Position numbers and translations under genes: made by a program. DNA of 64,000 bases from a virus. The stretch's first letter is position 1. Each line of letters begins with the position of its first letter. Positions 54,573-63,478 of this stretch are shown piece by piece. The notes under the pieces were generated by a model. The model was given only the letters and a program-made list of their open reading frames with translations. It was not told the DNA's origin and did no database searches. Location: IMG/VR virus record IMGVR_UViG_3300002225_000002; one strand, given 5' to 3'.

Positions 54573-54601
54573 ATTATAACACACCCAACGACTCAACACA
54601 A
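54573..54601 (-). promoter_or_regulatory. Sigma70-like promoter P2 of gp32
   Basis: TTGTGT-N17-TATAAT with extended TG, 99 bp upstream of P1. Confidence 0.7.
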
Positions 54602-54608
54602 CCCCTAA

Positions 54609-56285
54609 TTACTCTTGAGGTAATAGATGGTTAGGTATTTCATTTCTTCCTATACCCCAACTCTTTTCAAGTTGCTGTACGTCAGCTCTTAGCTTATTCA
54701 TGTTTATCATGATCTGCTTCTGATGCCTAGCATTAGACTGTTTATCTTTAAGCTTATGAGCAATTTTCATGGCTCTTCTAGCAGCTTCGAAGCGATCCAC
54801 TGCTTGCCTGAATTGCATAAGAGTAGAATTATGTACTTCGTCGCTACTCATGCGCTCCACGCCTTCTTCAACGCCTTCGCCTTGTTTCATTTTCTGCTGA
54901 ATAGCTTTAAGTCTAGTTCCAAGGTCCATCAATTCATCATTAGCTTCACGCTGGAATGACTTAGCCCCTTGTTTAGTTCTAGACATAGCATCACCCATAC
55001 CTTCATTAATGAAGTTATCGTATACGTTATCTTCGATATCTGTTAACTTCTCGCTTAACTTACGTACGGACTCAGAAATAAGATCTTGTGGCTCATCTTC
55101 AGATACCATAGTAATGTTCTCTAGAACGTTCTTAACTACAGACTTCTCGAAATCACTAATGTCACCTTCAGAAATCATCTTGCCACCGATAGAACCGATG
55201 TACGTGGCTAATTCTGGATTCTCATTGATAGATAGTGCCACAGCTTTCAATCTGTGTCCCATTTTAACAGTACTACTTTCAAAGGTAACAGCAGCACTCT
55301 CAGTAAACTTAAAAGATGTTGCTTTTACTCTTTCCAGAGAAGATTCTTCAATACGTCTTAATTTCATGTTTCTTTCCTGTACAATGCTGCTGACTACAGG
55401 CAATACTGCTTCGAATTTCTCATCGAATTTCTTAACAGTGAACATATCTCTATAATCAATGCCGTCGTCGTCTTCAGCTATAAAATTTTCTTGTTCAGCA
55501 ATTCTTTGAGTAGCACTAGTGTAACTCTTCTTGCCGTAAATTGATTTAAGGTCACCAGCAATAGCATTGATACTCTCTCTAAGAGCAGCAATCACTTCAG
55601 TGGTGTCTTCGGTTACTAATTTATTTCTTTTAGAGTAAACGTAGAACTCTCTAAGTTCTAACATTTTTCCAGTGAGGTTTACAATACTCTCGCCAATAAC
55701 GTCATGGCTAGATCCGCCGTTAGCGAAGTGACGCGCCATTGCTCTAGCACCGTTCAAGTTGGTGTGAGGAAACTTATATCTTTCCCCGTTGCTTTCCAAA
55801 AAGATACTTTGGATATTTCTAGATCTTGCGCCTCTAACGCTTTCATCTACTTCTTTCTTATGCTTGACTACCAAACAAACATTTTCGATCATCTGTCTGC
55901 TGGTTTTTTTGGTGCCGTACATGGCAGATTCTTGGACGCTTTCCATTTGATCCCCTTTCTTTGTCTGGTATGAAAAATCTTTAGGTGTTATATGCTTACC
56001 GTATTCTCTTATCGTGAATTTATACATGTATTCTTTCGCAACCGCTTTAACAGCCCACATTGCTTTCTCAAAATCACTAAGAGGTATGTTACCGTTCTTA
56101 TTGAAATTGACCTCTTCGTCTTCTTCATCAACATGGATGAGAAGATTAGGGTCTTCAACGTAGAATCTGGATGCTAACTCAGCATCCACAGTAGCCATAC
56201 CGCCATCATCGTACATCTTGATTTGGTAACCTTGGCTTTTTAGCGCTTTAAATACACGCTCTTTTACACGTTTCGGATCGATCAC
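54609..56285 (-). CDS. Putative head/prohead-core protein, 558 aa
   Basis: Multiple VQES/LRES/IEES/ISES/INEG motifs; preceded by GATAAATA; next to terminase. Confidence 0.55.
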   Translation of the reverse strand: MIDPKRVKERVFKALKSQGYQIKMYDDGGMATVDAELASRFYVEDPNLLIHVDEEDEEVNFNKNGNIPLSDFEKAMWAVKAVAKEYMYKFTIREYGKHITPKDFSYQTKKGDQMESVQESAMYGTKKTSRQMIENVCLVVKHKKEVDESVRGARSRNIQSIFLESNGERYKFPHTNLNGARAMARHFANGGSSHDVIGESIVNLTGKMLELREFYVYSKRNKLVTEDTTEVIAALRESINAIAGDLKSIYGKKSYTSATQRIAEQENFIAEDDDGIDYRDMFTVKKFDEKFEAVLPVVSSIVQERNMKLRRIEESSLERVKATSFKFTESAAVTFESSTVKMGHRLKAVALSINENPELATYIGSIGGKMISEGDISDFEKSVVKNVLENITMVSEDEPQDLISESVRKLSEKLTDIEDNVYDNFINEGMGDAMSRTKQGAKSFQREANDELMDLGTRLKAIQQKMKQGEGVEEGVERMSSDEVHNSTLMQFRQAVDRFEAARRAMKIAHKLKDKQSNARHQKQIMINMNKLRADVQQLEKSWGIGRNEIPNHLLPQE

Positions 56286-56309
56286 AGTATAATTCCCTTT
56301 ATCTGCTTC

Positions 56310-56317
56310 TATTTATC
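56310..56317 (-). promoter_or_regulatory. Late-like promoter GATAAATA
   Basis: 24 nt upstream of GTG 56285. Confidence 0.55.
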
Positions 56318-56322
56318 AATTT

Positions 56323-57903
56323 TTACATGATAAGTGGCAATGGGATTCTACCATCGTCTTCATCGTAATCATCATCAATGTTACTATTAATGGTGCCGTA
56401 AGTGTCTTCGTCCCACCTTGAGATGCTCTCAACCATCCTAATGAATACTAGCGCAGAAGACACCAAGTCATCCTTACAGCCCTCTTTGGCTTGATAGGAG
56501 TTACCCCTAGCGATGTAGTTCTTCAATTCGGTTATCATTGGAGACGAATGTATTGTTAACTTGCCACTCTCGAACCATTGCTTGAACCTAGAGCACGACT
56601 TCAGTTTGTTTTTACTGGTCGTAGTGAAACCTTTACGCTTACGATTACCACCATCACTCTTACGTTCAGATAAGAAAGTACCTGGAAAATTCTCCTCCCC
56701 AGTGTCCCTGATAATAACGAGTGCCGCTTCACCTAATGTGTTGGATTCTAATGACCAATAGATCTCAGGTTTGCCGTGTTCCCATATCTCAAGTAAAATA
56801 TTTCTTAACACTTTCATTTGTCCTTCAATGGACGTCTTGTTATGATACCACTCGCCCACTTGTTCCATCGATGGCATTTCCCATATGGTTATCGCAGCGT
56901 TATCGCCACCAGTACCCATACACGGATCTAATGAAACGACATATGTTTGATCTTCTCTGATTTGTTTGAACCAACGTACTTGTCCTGACTTACGGAAAGG
57001 CTCTTTAGTCTTCGCATCTGATAATTTAACAGAGTTTACTAACGTTTCTTCGAATACAATAAATTCGGCCAAATGCTCACGTCTGAATCGTTCATCGCCA
57101 ATTTTATTTCTTTCTATTCTTGCCCACTCTTCATCACGTTCTGGATGATCTTCGTATGTAGCAAAGTATGACCCGAATCCGTTCATGCCGGTATCGTTAG
57201 GATATAAGTTACCGTATTCGTCATGTTTCTCTTGGGCTTGATGCCAAATTTCAGCGAACTGATCTGTATCTGAGTTAGGCGTACTTGTTAGGATTACTTT
57301 ACCACCCGTAGACAATGTAGGTGACAGTGAAGTCCATAATTCTTTTGCCACTCTTGGTGGATCAACGAACGCAAATTCATCGAGATAGATAAGGGATATG
57401 GATTTACCACGACCCGTATTTATTGTTGTTGTGGTTGACACGATTGTTGAACCGTTATCAAACTTCATTGATTTTTTATTGTACTCTCGCACACCGGCCC
57501 TAATGTAATCCGGTAAGTTCTCGTAGGTATATCTAACCCTATCCATGATGTCTATTGCATCCGAACCTGTCTTAGACGCAACTAGTATATATGAATCCGG
57601 CATGAACATAGCATACCATAAAAGATACCCTGCCGCGCACGTAGTTTTTCCTAACTGTCTTCCCAGTAAAGATATCTGCTGTCTATGTTTTACATAGGAC
57701 GCGATAAGGTCTTTTTGATATTCATATGGATCAAAAAGTAATGAGCCTAATATTGGATGCTGTATCATCATGAAGTTCTCCATGAAGTATAAAGGCCCGT
57801 CTACCGGATCGGTACATTTTTTAAAATGTTCTAGTTGTTCTGGTGTATATTCACTAAGCTGATTTGGTTTCTTAATGAATTTAGTATCATCTATGCCTGC
57901 CAT
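56323..57903 (-). CDS. Terminase large subunit (T4 gp17-like)
   Basis: YQ motif, GRQLGKTT, RGKSISLIYLDEFAF, TSTPN, SLDPCMGTGGD, KDDLV. Confidence 0.95.
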   Translation of the reverse strand: MAGIDDTKFIKKPNQLSEYTPEQLEHFKKCTDPVDGPLYFMENFMMIQHPILGSLLFDPYEYQKDLIASYVKHRQQISLLGRQLGKTTCAAGYLLWYAMFMPDSYILVASKTGSDAIDIMDRVRYTYENLPDYIRAGVREYNKKSMKFDNGSTIVSTTTTINTGRGKSISLIYLDEFAFVDPPRVAKELWTSLSPTLSTGGKVILTSTPNSDTDQFAEIWHQAQEKHDEYGNLYPNDTGMNGFGSYFATYEDHPERDEEWARIERNKIGDERFRREHLAEFIVFEETLVNSVKLSDAKTKEPFRKSGQVRWFKQIREDQTYVVSLDPCMGTGGDNAAITIWEMPSMEQVGEWYHNKTSIEGQMKVLRNILLEIWEHGKPEIYWSLESNTLGEAALVIIRDTGEENFPGTFLSERKSDGGNRKRKGFTTTSKNKLKSCSRFKQWFESGKLTIHSSPMITELKNYIARGNSYQAKEGCKDDLVSSALVFIRMVESISRWDEDTYGTINSNIDDDYDEDDGRIPLPLIM

Positions 57904-57924
57904 AATTATCTCCGCAGTTTATTT

Positions 57925-57951
57925 TATTTATCACAAAAGCCTTGATAAATA
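57925..57951. promoter_or_regulatory. Back-to-back late-like promoters
   Basis: TATTTATC (57925-57932, minus, toward terminase) and GATAAATA (57944-57951, plus, toward the GIY-YIG gene). Confidence 0.6.
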
Positions 57952-57971
57952 GGGGTTTTAGGGATATAACT

Positions 57972-58244
57972 ATGGAAAACAACGGTTTCGTATACATAAT
58001 TTCATGCGGAGACGCATATAAAATTGGAGTTGCTAAGAACCCTGAGCATAGGCTTAGGCAGTTACAAACAGGCAATAGCGAAGAGCTTTTATTGGAATAT
58101 ACTGAAGGGAAAATAAATCCATACGCAGTTGAAAAGGAACTTCATAGGAGTCTACAAAAATACAGAACTAAAGGGGAATGGTTTAAAGGGCTGTCCTTTA
58201 ACGATATTAGAATAGCCCTTATGCTTGTCACAGAATATGACTAA
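57972..58244 (+). CDS. Small GIY-YIG nuclease (T5orf172/MUG113-like)
   Basis: GFVYII...YKIG...PEHRLRQLQTG...EKELH...KGEWF; start moved to MENNG. Confidence 0.82.
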   Translation: MENNGFVYIISCGDAYKIGVAKNPEHRLRQLQTGNSEELLLEYTEGKINPYAVEKELHRSLQKYRTKGEWFKGLSFNDIRIALMLVTEYD

Positions 58245-58274
58245 TATACTCTCGTAAGAGTAAACTGTATTTCG

Positions 58275-58514
58275 TTAAGCTTCATTTTCCATATCCTGTA
58301 ATCTACTATAATAGTCTGGCATTTCTGCCAAATGATCAAGAGCTATTTCCATTGCTATGGATTCGTCACCAGTATGTTCTTTTTCTACCTGTGTGCCAAT
58401 GGCCAGCTGACGCGTTATAACCTCTAAAGGAACGCCATGTTTACCGGCAACTTCTTCTGCGGACAATGTAGGTTTACCTAGCATATCTGGTTCTATAAAT
58501 TCATATAATCTCAT
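58275..58514 (-). CDS. DUF5661-like protein with CTS-like N-terminus
   Basis: GTQVEKEHT...AMEIALDHLAEMPDYYSRL; starts MRLYEFIE. Confidence 0.65.
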   Translation of the reverse strand: MRLYEFIEPDMLGKPTLSAEEVAGKHGVPLEVITRQLAIGTQVEKEHTGDESIAMEIALDHLAEMPDYYSRLQDMENEA

Positions 58515-58927
58515 TAGTCTTCTACCTGTATAACTGATGCTTGTATAGCCTTCTCACCATTTGCGTGGGCGGCATAAACTCTATGGTTACCGTCAAGAAC
58601 GTAATATTTACCTTCATACAAAACCAGAACTGGTAAATCTCTAGACTTAGCTCCACGAGGGTCAAGGTATTTCTCCGTACCAACAATATCTTTAATAGGC
58701 ACGGTATGTGTTGTAGCTGCCATTGAGGTAGCTTTTTTCCATTTAGTTGGATTATCTGCTATGTCTAGGGTACTTGCTATTTCTCCAACAGTATCATCGT
58801 ACAAATCAAATATATGACCGAACAGCCTATCATCACCAGTTATATGCGGTAATGGATTTTTTAATGTACGGCCTTCATCTTCGCCATATCGACTTTCGTA
58901 TTCTTTTAGTATCTCTGTGATCTTCAT
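58514..58927 (-). CDS. ParB/Sulfiredoxin-like domain protein with CTS-like N-terminus
   Basis: VPIKDI...LPVLV...YYVLDGNHRVYAA; starts MKITEILKE. Confidence 0.7.
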   Translation of the reverse strand: MKITEILKEYESRYGEDEGRTLKNPLPHITGDDRLFGHIFDLYDDTVGEIASTLDIADNPTKWKKATSMAATTHTVPIKDIVGTEKYLDPRGAKSRDLPVLVLYEGKYYVLDGNHRVYAAHANGEKAIQASVIQVED

Positions 58928-58938
58928 TCTGTCTCCAT

Positions 58939-58962
58939 AAAAAAGGGGGCCGTTAAGCCCCC
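58939..58962 (-). terminator. Rho-independent terminator
   Basis: Minus strand GGGGGC-UUAACG-GCCCCC-UUUUUU. Confidence 0.75.
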
Positions 58963-59002
58963 ACGTACAACGGGTCGGTAGCGAATCTTCCCAGTGTTCT
59001 AA

Positions 59003-60712
59003 TTAGCCTCTAGGTTTTCTAGGCGCTTCATTACGTTTAGTGAAATTGCCGCCTTCTTCCATGCCTTCGTAGTCATCATGACCAGTAGCAGCTCTGAAAT
59101 TAGCTTTAGTAGGAGACATATCACCTTTCATTTTCTGAACGCTTGCTTCACAGCCTGCTTCATCAACTTCTGGCTTATTACGTCTTTCTTTCTTAACTGG
59201 CTCTTCACTACGTCTACGTTCAACTTTACCGCCAGACTTTTTACTTCCTAGGCCATAACCACGTGACCTCATAGATGAAGGTCCACCAGCAATGCGCATT
59301 CCGCCAATTTCGTTTAACTCAGCTTCAATCATAGATTCATAATCTTCACAGAAAGAATCAAATGCTTCTGAAAGTCTATTGTGGATGTCATCAGTTGACT
59401 CTTCTACTTGAGTAACAGGATCGCTATTACCTAGAGGATTATCTTTGAAATCACCACCAGTATTACCGATGTGAGATGCTGCGTTACTTGCTTGGCCTGT
59501 AGGGAAACCTTCTCCGCCATTATAAGGTGAAGTGCCTCTTAGATGGCCTTCTGTATCATCTGGTTGAGTTTGGTATCCAGACTCTCCGCCCCAGTTATCA
59601 TCTTCTTCTTCAAGGCCTTGACCCATTACTTTATTATGCACTCTAAGCAACATATCAGGACTCATATTAACTAATGAGTCAGCATTGTATTGTGCTTTAG
59701 CAGAAGACATTCCGCTGTCTTGCATAGCCATAATCTTAGCAACCATAGATGAACTATCTTGAACGTTATGGTCCATAGTTCTAGCTGGTGCCATGTCGTT
59801 AGTTGGGTCCATAGAACCAAAGTCGGCATCCATTTCTACTTCGTCATCGCCATAACCTAAATCAGGTTCGTCTTCTTGACCAAATTCATCACCACTAAAG
59901 TCATCATCGAATTCATCGCTAAATTCATCTTCACCCATAAACTTATCTGCAACTTTACCTGCAACTGCGCCTGCTGCGGCAGCGGCTAATGGATTTTCAT
60001 CTAACTCATTTTCAACGCCTTGTGCTGGTGCCGGAACAGGAGCTGGTTCTTCTGGAGCAGGAGCTGCAACAGGAGCTGGTTCTTGTTCTGGAGCAGGAGC
60101 TTCAATAGGAGCTGGCTGTTCATTACCCATAACTTTATTATATACAGCAGTGATACTATCTAAAGCCATACCCATTAATTCTTCAATATCATGACTATCT
60201 ACGTCTGAAGACATTCCGCCTTGTTGCATAGTGTCTATTTTTTGGACCATCATAGATGGATCAACTGTATGGTCAGTAGGAACTTCACCAACATTAGGAA
60301 TACTTTGTACCATTGAAATCTCTGGCTCCTCGCCACTCTGAGTGAAATCTAGTTCTAGCTCAGTATCGTCTACGCCGCCGTCTTCGAAATCATTCTCTCC
60401 AAGATCAACAACTATAATTTCTTCTCCGCCTGACACTTGATCTGGCACAGGAACTGCTGATTCTGCAGAATCACCAACTAAACATTTATCGCCATATTGA
60501 CCATGACCATCGTCATACGGTGTTTGACATTCAGCTTCAGCCATAGTCTCATCGTATTCAATTTCTTGTGTGTGGGATTCAGCATCAGTCTCTTCTATGT
60601 CTTGAGCCTGTCCACCCATAACTCCAGCAAATCCACCAGCACAATTCTCATCAAGCTTAGTTTTTTCACTAGGAGTAACGCCAGCTAACTCTAGTAATTT
60701 ATTAATATCCAT
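59003..60712 (-). CDS. Highly acidic low-complexity scaffold/core-like protein, 569 aa
   Basis: MDINKLLELAG start, repeated LDEN/LEEE/VEES/LNEI, a 42-aa duplication and PAP linkers. Confidence 0.55.
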   Translation of the reverse strand: MDINKLLELAGVTPSEKTKLDENCAGGFAGVMGGQAQDIEETDAESHTQEIEYDETMAEAECQTPYDDGHGQYGDKCLVGDSAESAVPVPDQVSGGEEIIVVDLGENDFEDGGVDDTELELDFTQSGEEPEISMVQSIPNVGEVPTDHTVDPSMMVQKIDTMQQGGMSSDVDSHDIEELMGMALDSITAVYNKVMGNEQPAPIEAPAPEQEPAPVAAPAPEEPAPVPAPAQGVENELDENPLAAAAAGAVAGKVADKFMGEDEFSDEFDDDFSGDEFGQEDEPDLGYGDDEVEMDADFGSMDPTNDMAPARTMDHNVQDSSSMVAKIMAMQDSGMSSAKAQYNADSLVNMSPDMLLRVHNKVMGQGLEEEDDNWGGESGYQTQPDDTEGHLRGTSPYNGGEGFPTGQASNAASHIGNTGGDFKDNPLGNSDPVTQVEESTDDIHNRLSEAFDSFCEDYESMIEAELNEIGGMRIAGGPSSMRSRGYGLGSKKSGGKVERRRSEEPVKKERRNKPEVDEAGCEASVQKMKGDMSPTKANFRAATGHDDYEGMEEGGNFTKRNEAPRKPRG

Positions 60713-60733
60713 TAAAATATCCTTTATTTTATT

Positions 60734-61120
60734 TTAGCTATTGCTGCGTATGTATTTTTCCAGCATCCAAGCTTCGTTGTTAGATCTGGCACCAATATTC
60801 CATTCCGTAATAGAATTTGGATCTATGCGCCTATCTTTATCATAATCGTATCTACGATCATAAATCGTTGTAGCTGCAGTATCATATTCATGACCTTCAC
60901 CGTACTCAGTAGTGTCATCCTGATATTGCAGTTCCACTTCCCACATGACATTAACATCCGATTGAGGATCATCATAGAAGGATTGTGGCTCACCAAACAT
61001 ATTAACTAATGCTTGATATGGTACTTGAATTTTTCCTTTAAGAGATGTACCAGAGACGTCTACGTATTCCGTATCTAACCCTACCACTCTACCTTCAGTT
61101 ATAAATTCATTTAGTCTCAT
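60734..61120 (-). CDS. Putative internal head protein (start MRLNEFITE)
   Basis: CTS-like N-terminus; start overlaps the upstream stop. Confidence 0.6.
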   Translation of the reverse strand: MRLNEFITEGRVVGLDTEYVDVSGTSLKGKIQVPYQALVNMFGEPQSFYDDPQSDVNVMWEVELQYQDDTTEYGEGHEYDTAATTIYDRRYDYDKDRRIDPNSITEWNIGARSNNEAWMLEKYIRSNS

Positions 61121-61275
61121 TTTTTTTCTTCTTTCATACATTCAAGTACTAATAAAATTTCTTCTTTACGTTCCTGAGTAGTCTTGCTACTCATTAGCTC
61201 CCAGCGTAAATCGCTTTCAGCCATACTTACTTGCGTTGGTCTTTGCCAATCGCCTTTACCTTGAAAATTACTCAT
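61117..61275 (-). CDS. Small hypothetical protein, 52 aa (not in ORF track)
   Basis: SD AAGGA; MSNFQGKGDWQRP...; ATGA overlap with the downstream gene. Confidence 0.45.
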   Translation of the reverse strand: MSNFQGKGDWQRPTQVSMAESDLRWELMSSKTTQERKEEILLVLECMKEEKK

Positions 61276-61283
61276 GTGTGTCC

Positions 61284-61778
61284 TTAAATAAAATCGCTTC
61301 CGTCTACACCATGTTCCACGTAGGGGTCTGCCATACTATTCAATATGTCATTGCTGTATTCACTCACAAATTCATCAAAACTAATTAATGATGCCTTTGC
61401 AATATTATACGCTCGTTTTATGGTTTCTATACCTTCACCAGTGTCGCCGCCGTCCATCTGTGCCAATCCATCATAAACCATTTGCATAGCTTTCTCGCCG
61501 TTACTTGCCATACCGGCTTTGTCGCCTTTGCTTGCTAATTCAGATGTGAAATCGTCAATATCAGATTTAACGGCCACTAACTTAGTGTTGTCAATATTAT
61601 GTTCGCTGTTAGCATAACTATATAGCTCTTCGTAACTATCGATCATCTCATCCCTGTCTATGATATGCTCATTCCAGAAATCTTCAGCCTGTGATTCGAA
61701 ACGTTCTTTTCCTTCAGAAACAATTTCTTCAGTCATTTCGCCTTGGCCAGATAATAACAATAGTCGTTGCAGATCCAT
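61284..61778 (-). CDS. Acidic putative head-associated protein, 164 aa
   Basis: MDLQRLLLLSG...IVSE start. Confidence 0.55.
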   Translation of the reverse strand: MDLQRLLLLSGQGEMTEEIVSEGKERFESQAEDFWNEHIIDRDEMIDSYEELYSYANSEHNIDNTKLVAVKSDIDDFTSELASKGDKAGMASNGEKAMQMVYDGLAQMDGGDTGEGIETIKRAYNIAKASLISFDEFVSEYSNDILNSMADPYVEHGVDGSDFI

Positions 61779-61779
61779 A

Positions 61780-62439
61780 TTAGTCGCCCTTAGACATTAA
61801 GGTGTTCTTTCTAGGGGAGTATTCAGTAGCATTTCTCCATCTATCATTCAACACTGCGTCCGTACCTTCGCCATCAAATTCAGCAGGTTTAGCTTTTTCG
61901 CTATCTCTCTTCTCTTTAGGACTAAGTGCGTTATTAACTTCTTCAGTCTTATCGCTAACACTATTTAAGCTTTTTAGGAATTCGTTATTGTAATCTTCGC
62001 CGTAAGCAGGCTCTACTTCCCAGTTTTCTGGACTACCTAACTTAGACTTATACTTATCCTTGAATTCTTCATTACCTACTACTCTTTCCAACCATTCTTC
62101 TTCGTATTGTTTACGAGGATCATTCTCAGAGTAAATGGCAATGCTTTGCTCATTGATACCCATGGCACTAGACACTTCTCTATGTAAAGCATTAGGCGTG
62201 ATAGGATATTCAACGATGATGTCGTTAATATAAACTTCACAGTCTCTCACGTTAGGAAAATCGATAGGGTTTTGTTGGATAGGGGTTTTTCTGAATGGGC
62301 TAAATTCAAGAAGATTATATCTTTCTAGATATTGCTCCAGAGTCGAGGCATCATTTGCGCTTAAATCGTTCTGGGCAATTTTTATGGTGTATTTGTATTG
62401 CTTTTTATTAGCATTGTAGTAATCAACAAACTGTTGCAT
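61780..62439 (-). CDS. Putative structural protein, 219 aa
   Basis: Preceded by GATAAATA at 62468-62475. Confidence 0.55.
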   Translation of the reverse strand: MQQFVDYYNANKKQYKYTIKIAQNDLSANDASTLEQYLERYNLLEFSPFRKTPIQQNPIDFPNVRDCEVYINDIIVEYPITPNALHREVSSAMGINEQSIAIYSENDPRKQYEEEWLERVVGNEEFKDKYKSKLGSPENWEVEPAYGEDYNNEFLKSLNSVSDKTEEVNNALSPKEKRDSEKAKPAEFDGEGTDAVLNDRWRNATEYSPRKNTLMSKGD

Positions 62440-62494
62440 GGCAAATAAAGTCCTTTAATTTTACTACTATTTATCAGAATTAACCAAACATACG

Positions 62495-62989
62495 TTACTT
62501 TTTGTCGCTGTTGTCTTTAATCAACTTAAGAAGCTCATTCCTGTCGAACTGTGCGCCTGATGCGCTCTGCGATTTAGGATCGTCGCCGCCAATGTCCCTA
62601 TCCAACTTCATCTTCTTCATCTGCAGCTCAATAGTCTTTAATTTTCTGTTTATTTTCGAGTCTCTAGCCTTTAATGCCGTATTCAACATTCCATTAGATA
62701 CTTCATATAGCCTAGCAACGTAGTTATCTTGCATATTCATACTCAAGTCACAAAGATCTTTATATGACTGTAATGCTTTCTCTGCAATGTCATCCATCTC
62801 AACGTCGTGTTGTTGTAAACTCTCAACAGAAGCTAGAGCATTGTCTATTTTATCAGTCGTTGCTAGTTCCTCTTTGATGAGTTCCGCTTCTTCTAATACG
62901 TCGTCAACGCTTCTGATATCTTCAGGCTCGTTTCCTTCCATATCTTCAGGGTCTGCTAAATTTAAGGTTTCTGCTAATTTTTTTGTCAT
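62495..62989 (-). CDS. Probable terminase small subunit (gp16-like)
   Basis: Helical; ARLYEVSNGML resembles gp16 PRAYEV...L; C-terminal DRNELLKLIK; preceded by CATAAATA at 63010-63017. Confidence 0.45.
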   Translation of the reverse strand: MTKKLAETLNLADPEDMEGNEPEDIRSVDDVLEEAELIKEELATTDKIDNALASVESLQQHDVEMDDIAEKALQSYKDLCDLSMNMQDNYVARLYEVSNGMLNTALKARDSKINRKLKTIELQMKKMKLDRDIGGDDPKSQSASGAQFDRNELLKLIKDNSDKK

Positions 62990-63052
62990 GACTGTGTCCT
63001 CTATGTCATTATTTATGCCACGTAAAGACAATGACATAATAACGTGGGATGA

Positions 63053-63478
63053 TTATTTTGGATTTCTATAGATATCGTATTCAGTTACTATTCTGAACGT
63101 CATACCATGTGATTTTGCATACTTACTGGCTGCTTCCCATTTCGACGCATTAAGTGCTAACTGCAACTTATCATCTTTGGACTTAGCATTGCCAATATGT
63201 GCTTGTTTGGATGGTTTTACTTCAATGAGCTGTACTTTTTGGTTCTGCTGTTTATCTACAAAGACAACCAGAAAATCAGGTACGTACACTGTGCTCTTAT
63301 GAGTGAAGGGATTCATATATGGGATCTTAATCGGCTCATATGCCCAACTTACGATAGCTGGATGCTCATCACACATCCTCATGAAAGCTAACTCCCATGA
63401 AGATTTGTAATATGGCCTAGGTGTGCCAGTCTTACCAACATTCTTTGCTTCAAAAAAACCTTTTAGTGTCTTACTCAC
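63053..63478 (-). CDS. Head completion nuclease (T4 gp4 / TnsA-like)
   Basis: YKSSWE...WAYEPIKIPY...YVPDF...IEVKP...KWEAA. Confidence 0.88.
   Translation of the reverse strand: MSKTLKGFFEAKNVGKTGTPRPYYKSSWELAFMRMCDEHPAIVSWAYEPIKIPYMNPFTHKSTVYVPDFLVVFVDKQQNQKVQLIEVKPSKQAHIGNAKSKDDKLQLALNASKWEAASKYAKSHGMTFRIVTEYDIYRNPK

Noticed and set aside
58963-59002. GC-richer tract (GGGAAGATTCGCTACCGACCC on the minus strand) before the terminator as a structured ncRNA
   Set aside because: Only a 3-4 bp stem can be drawn and no family is recognised; it would need a covariation search.
40-63391. Most plus-strand ORFs in the track (e.g. 40-330, 7306-7833, 25505-26023, 34884-35417, 52374-52793) and short nested minus-strand ORFs
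   Set aside because: They are antisense or out-of-frame shadows of well-supported genes and have no RBS or motifs.
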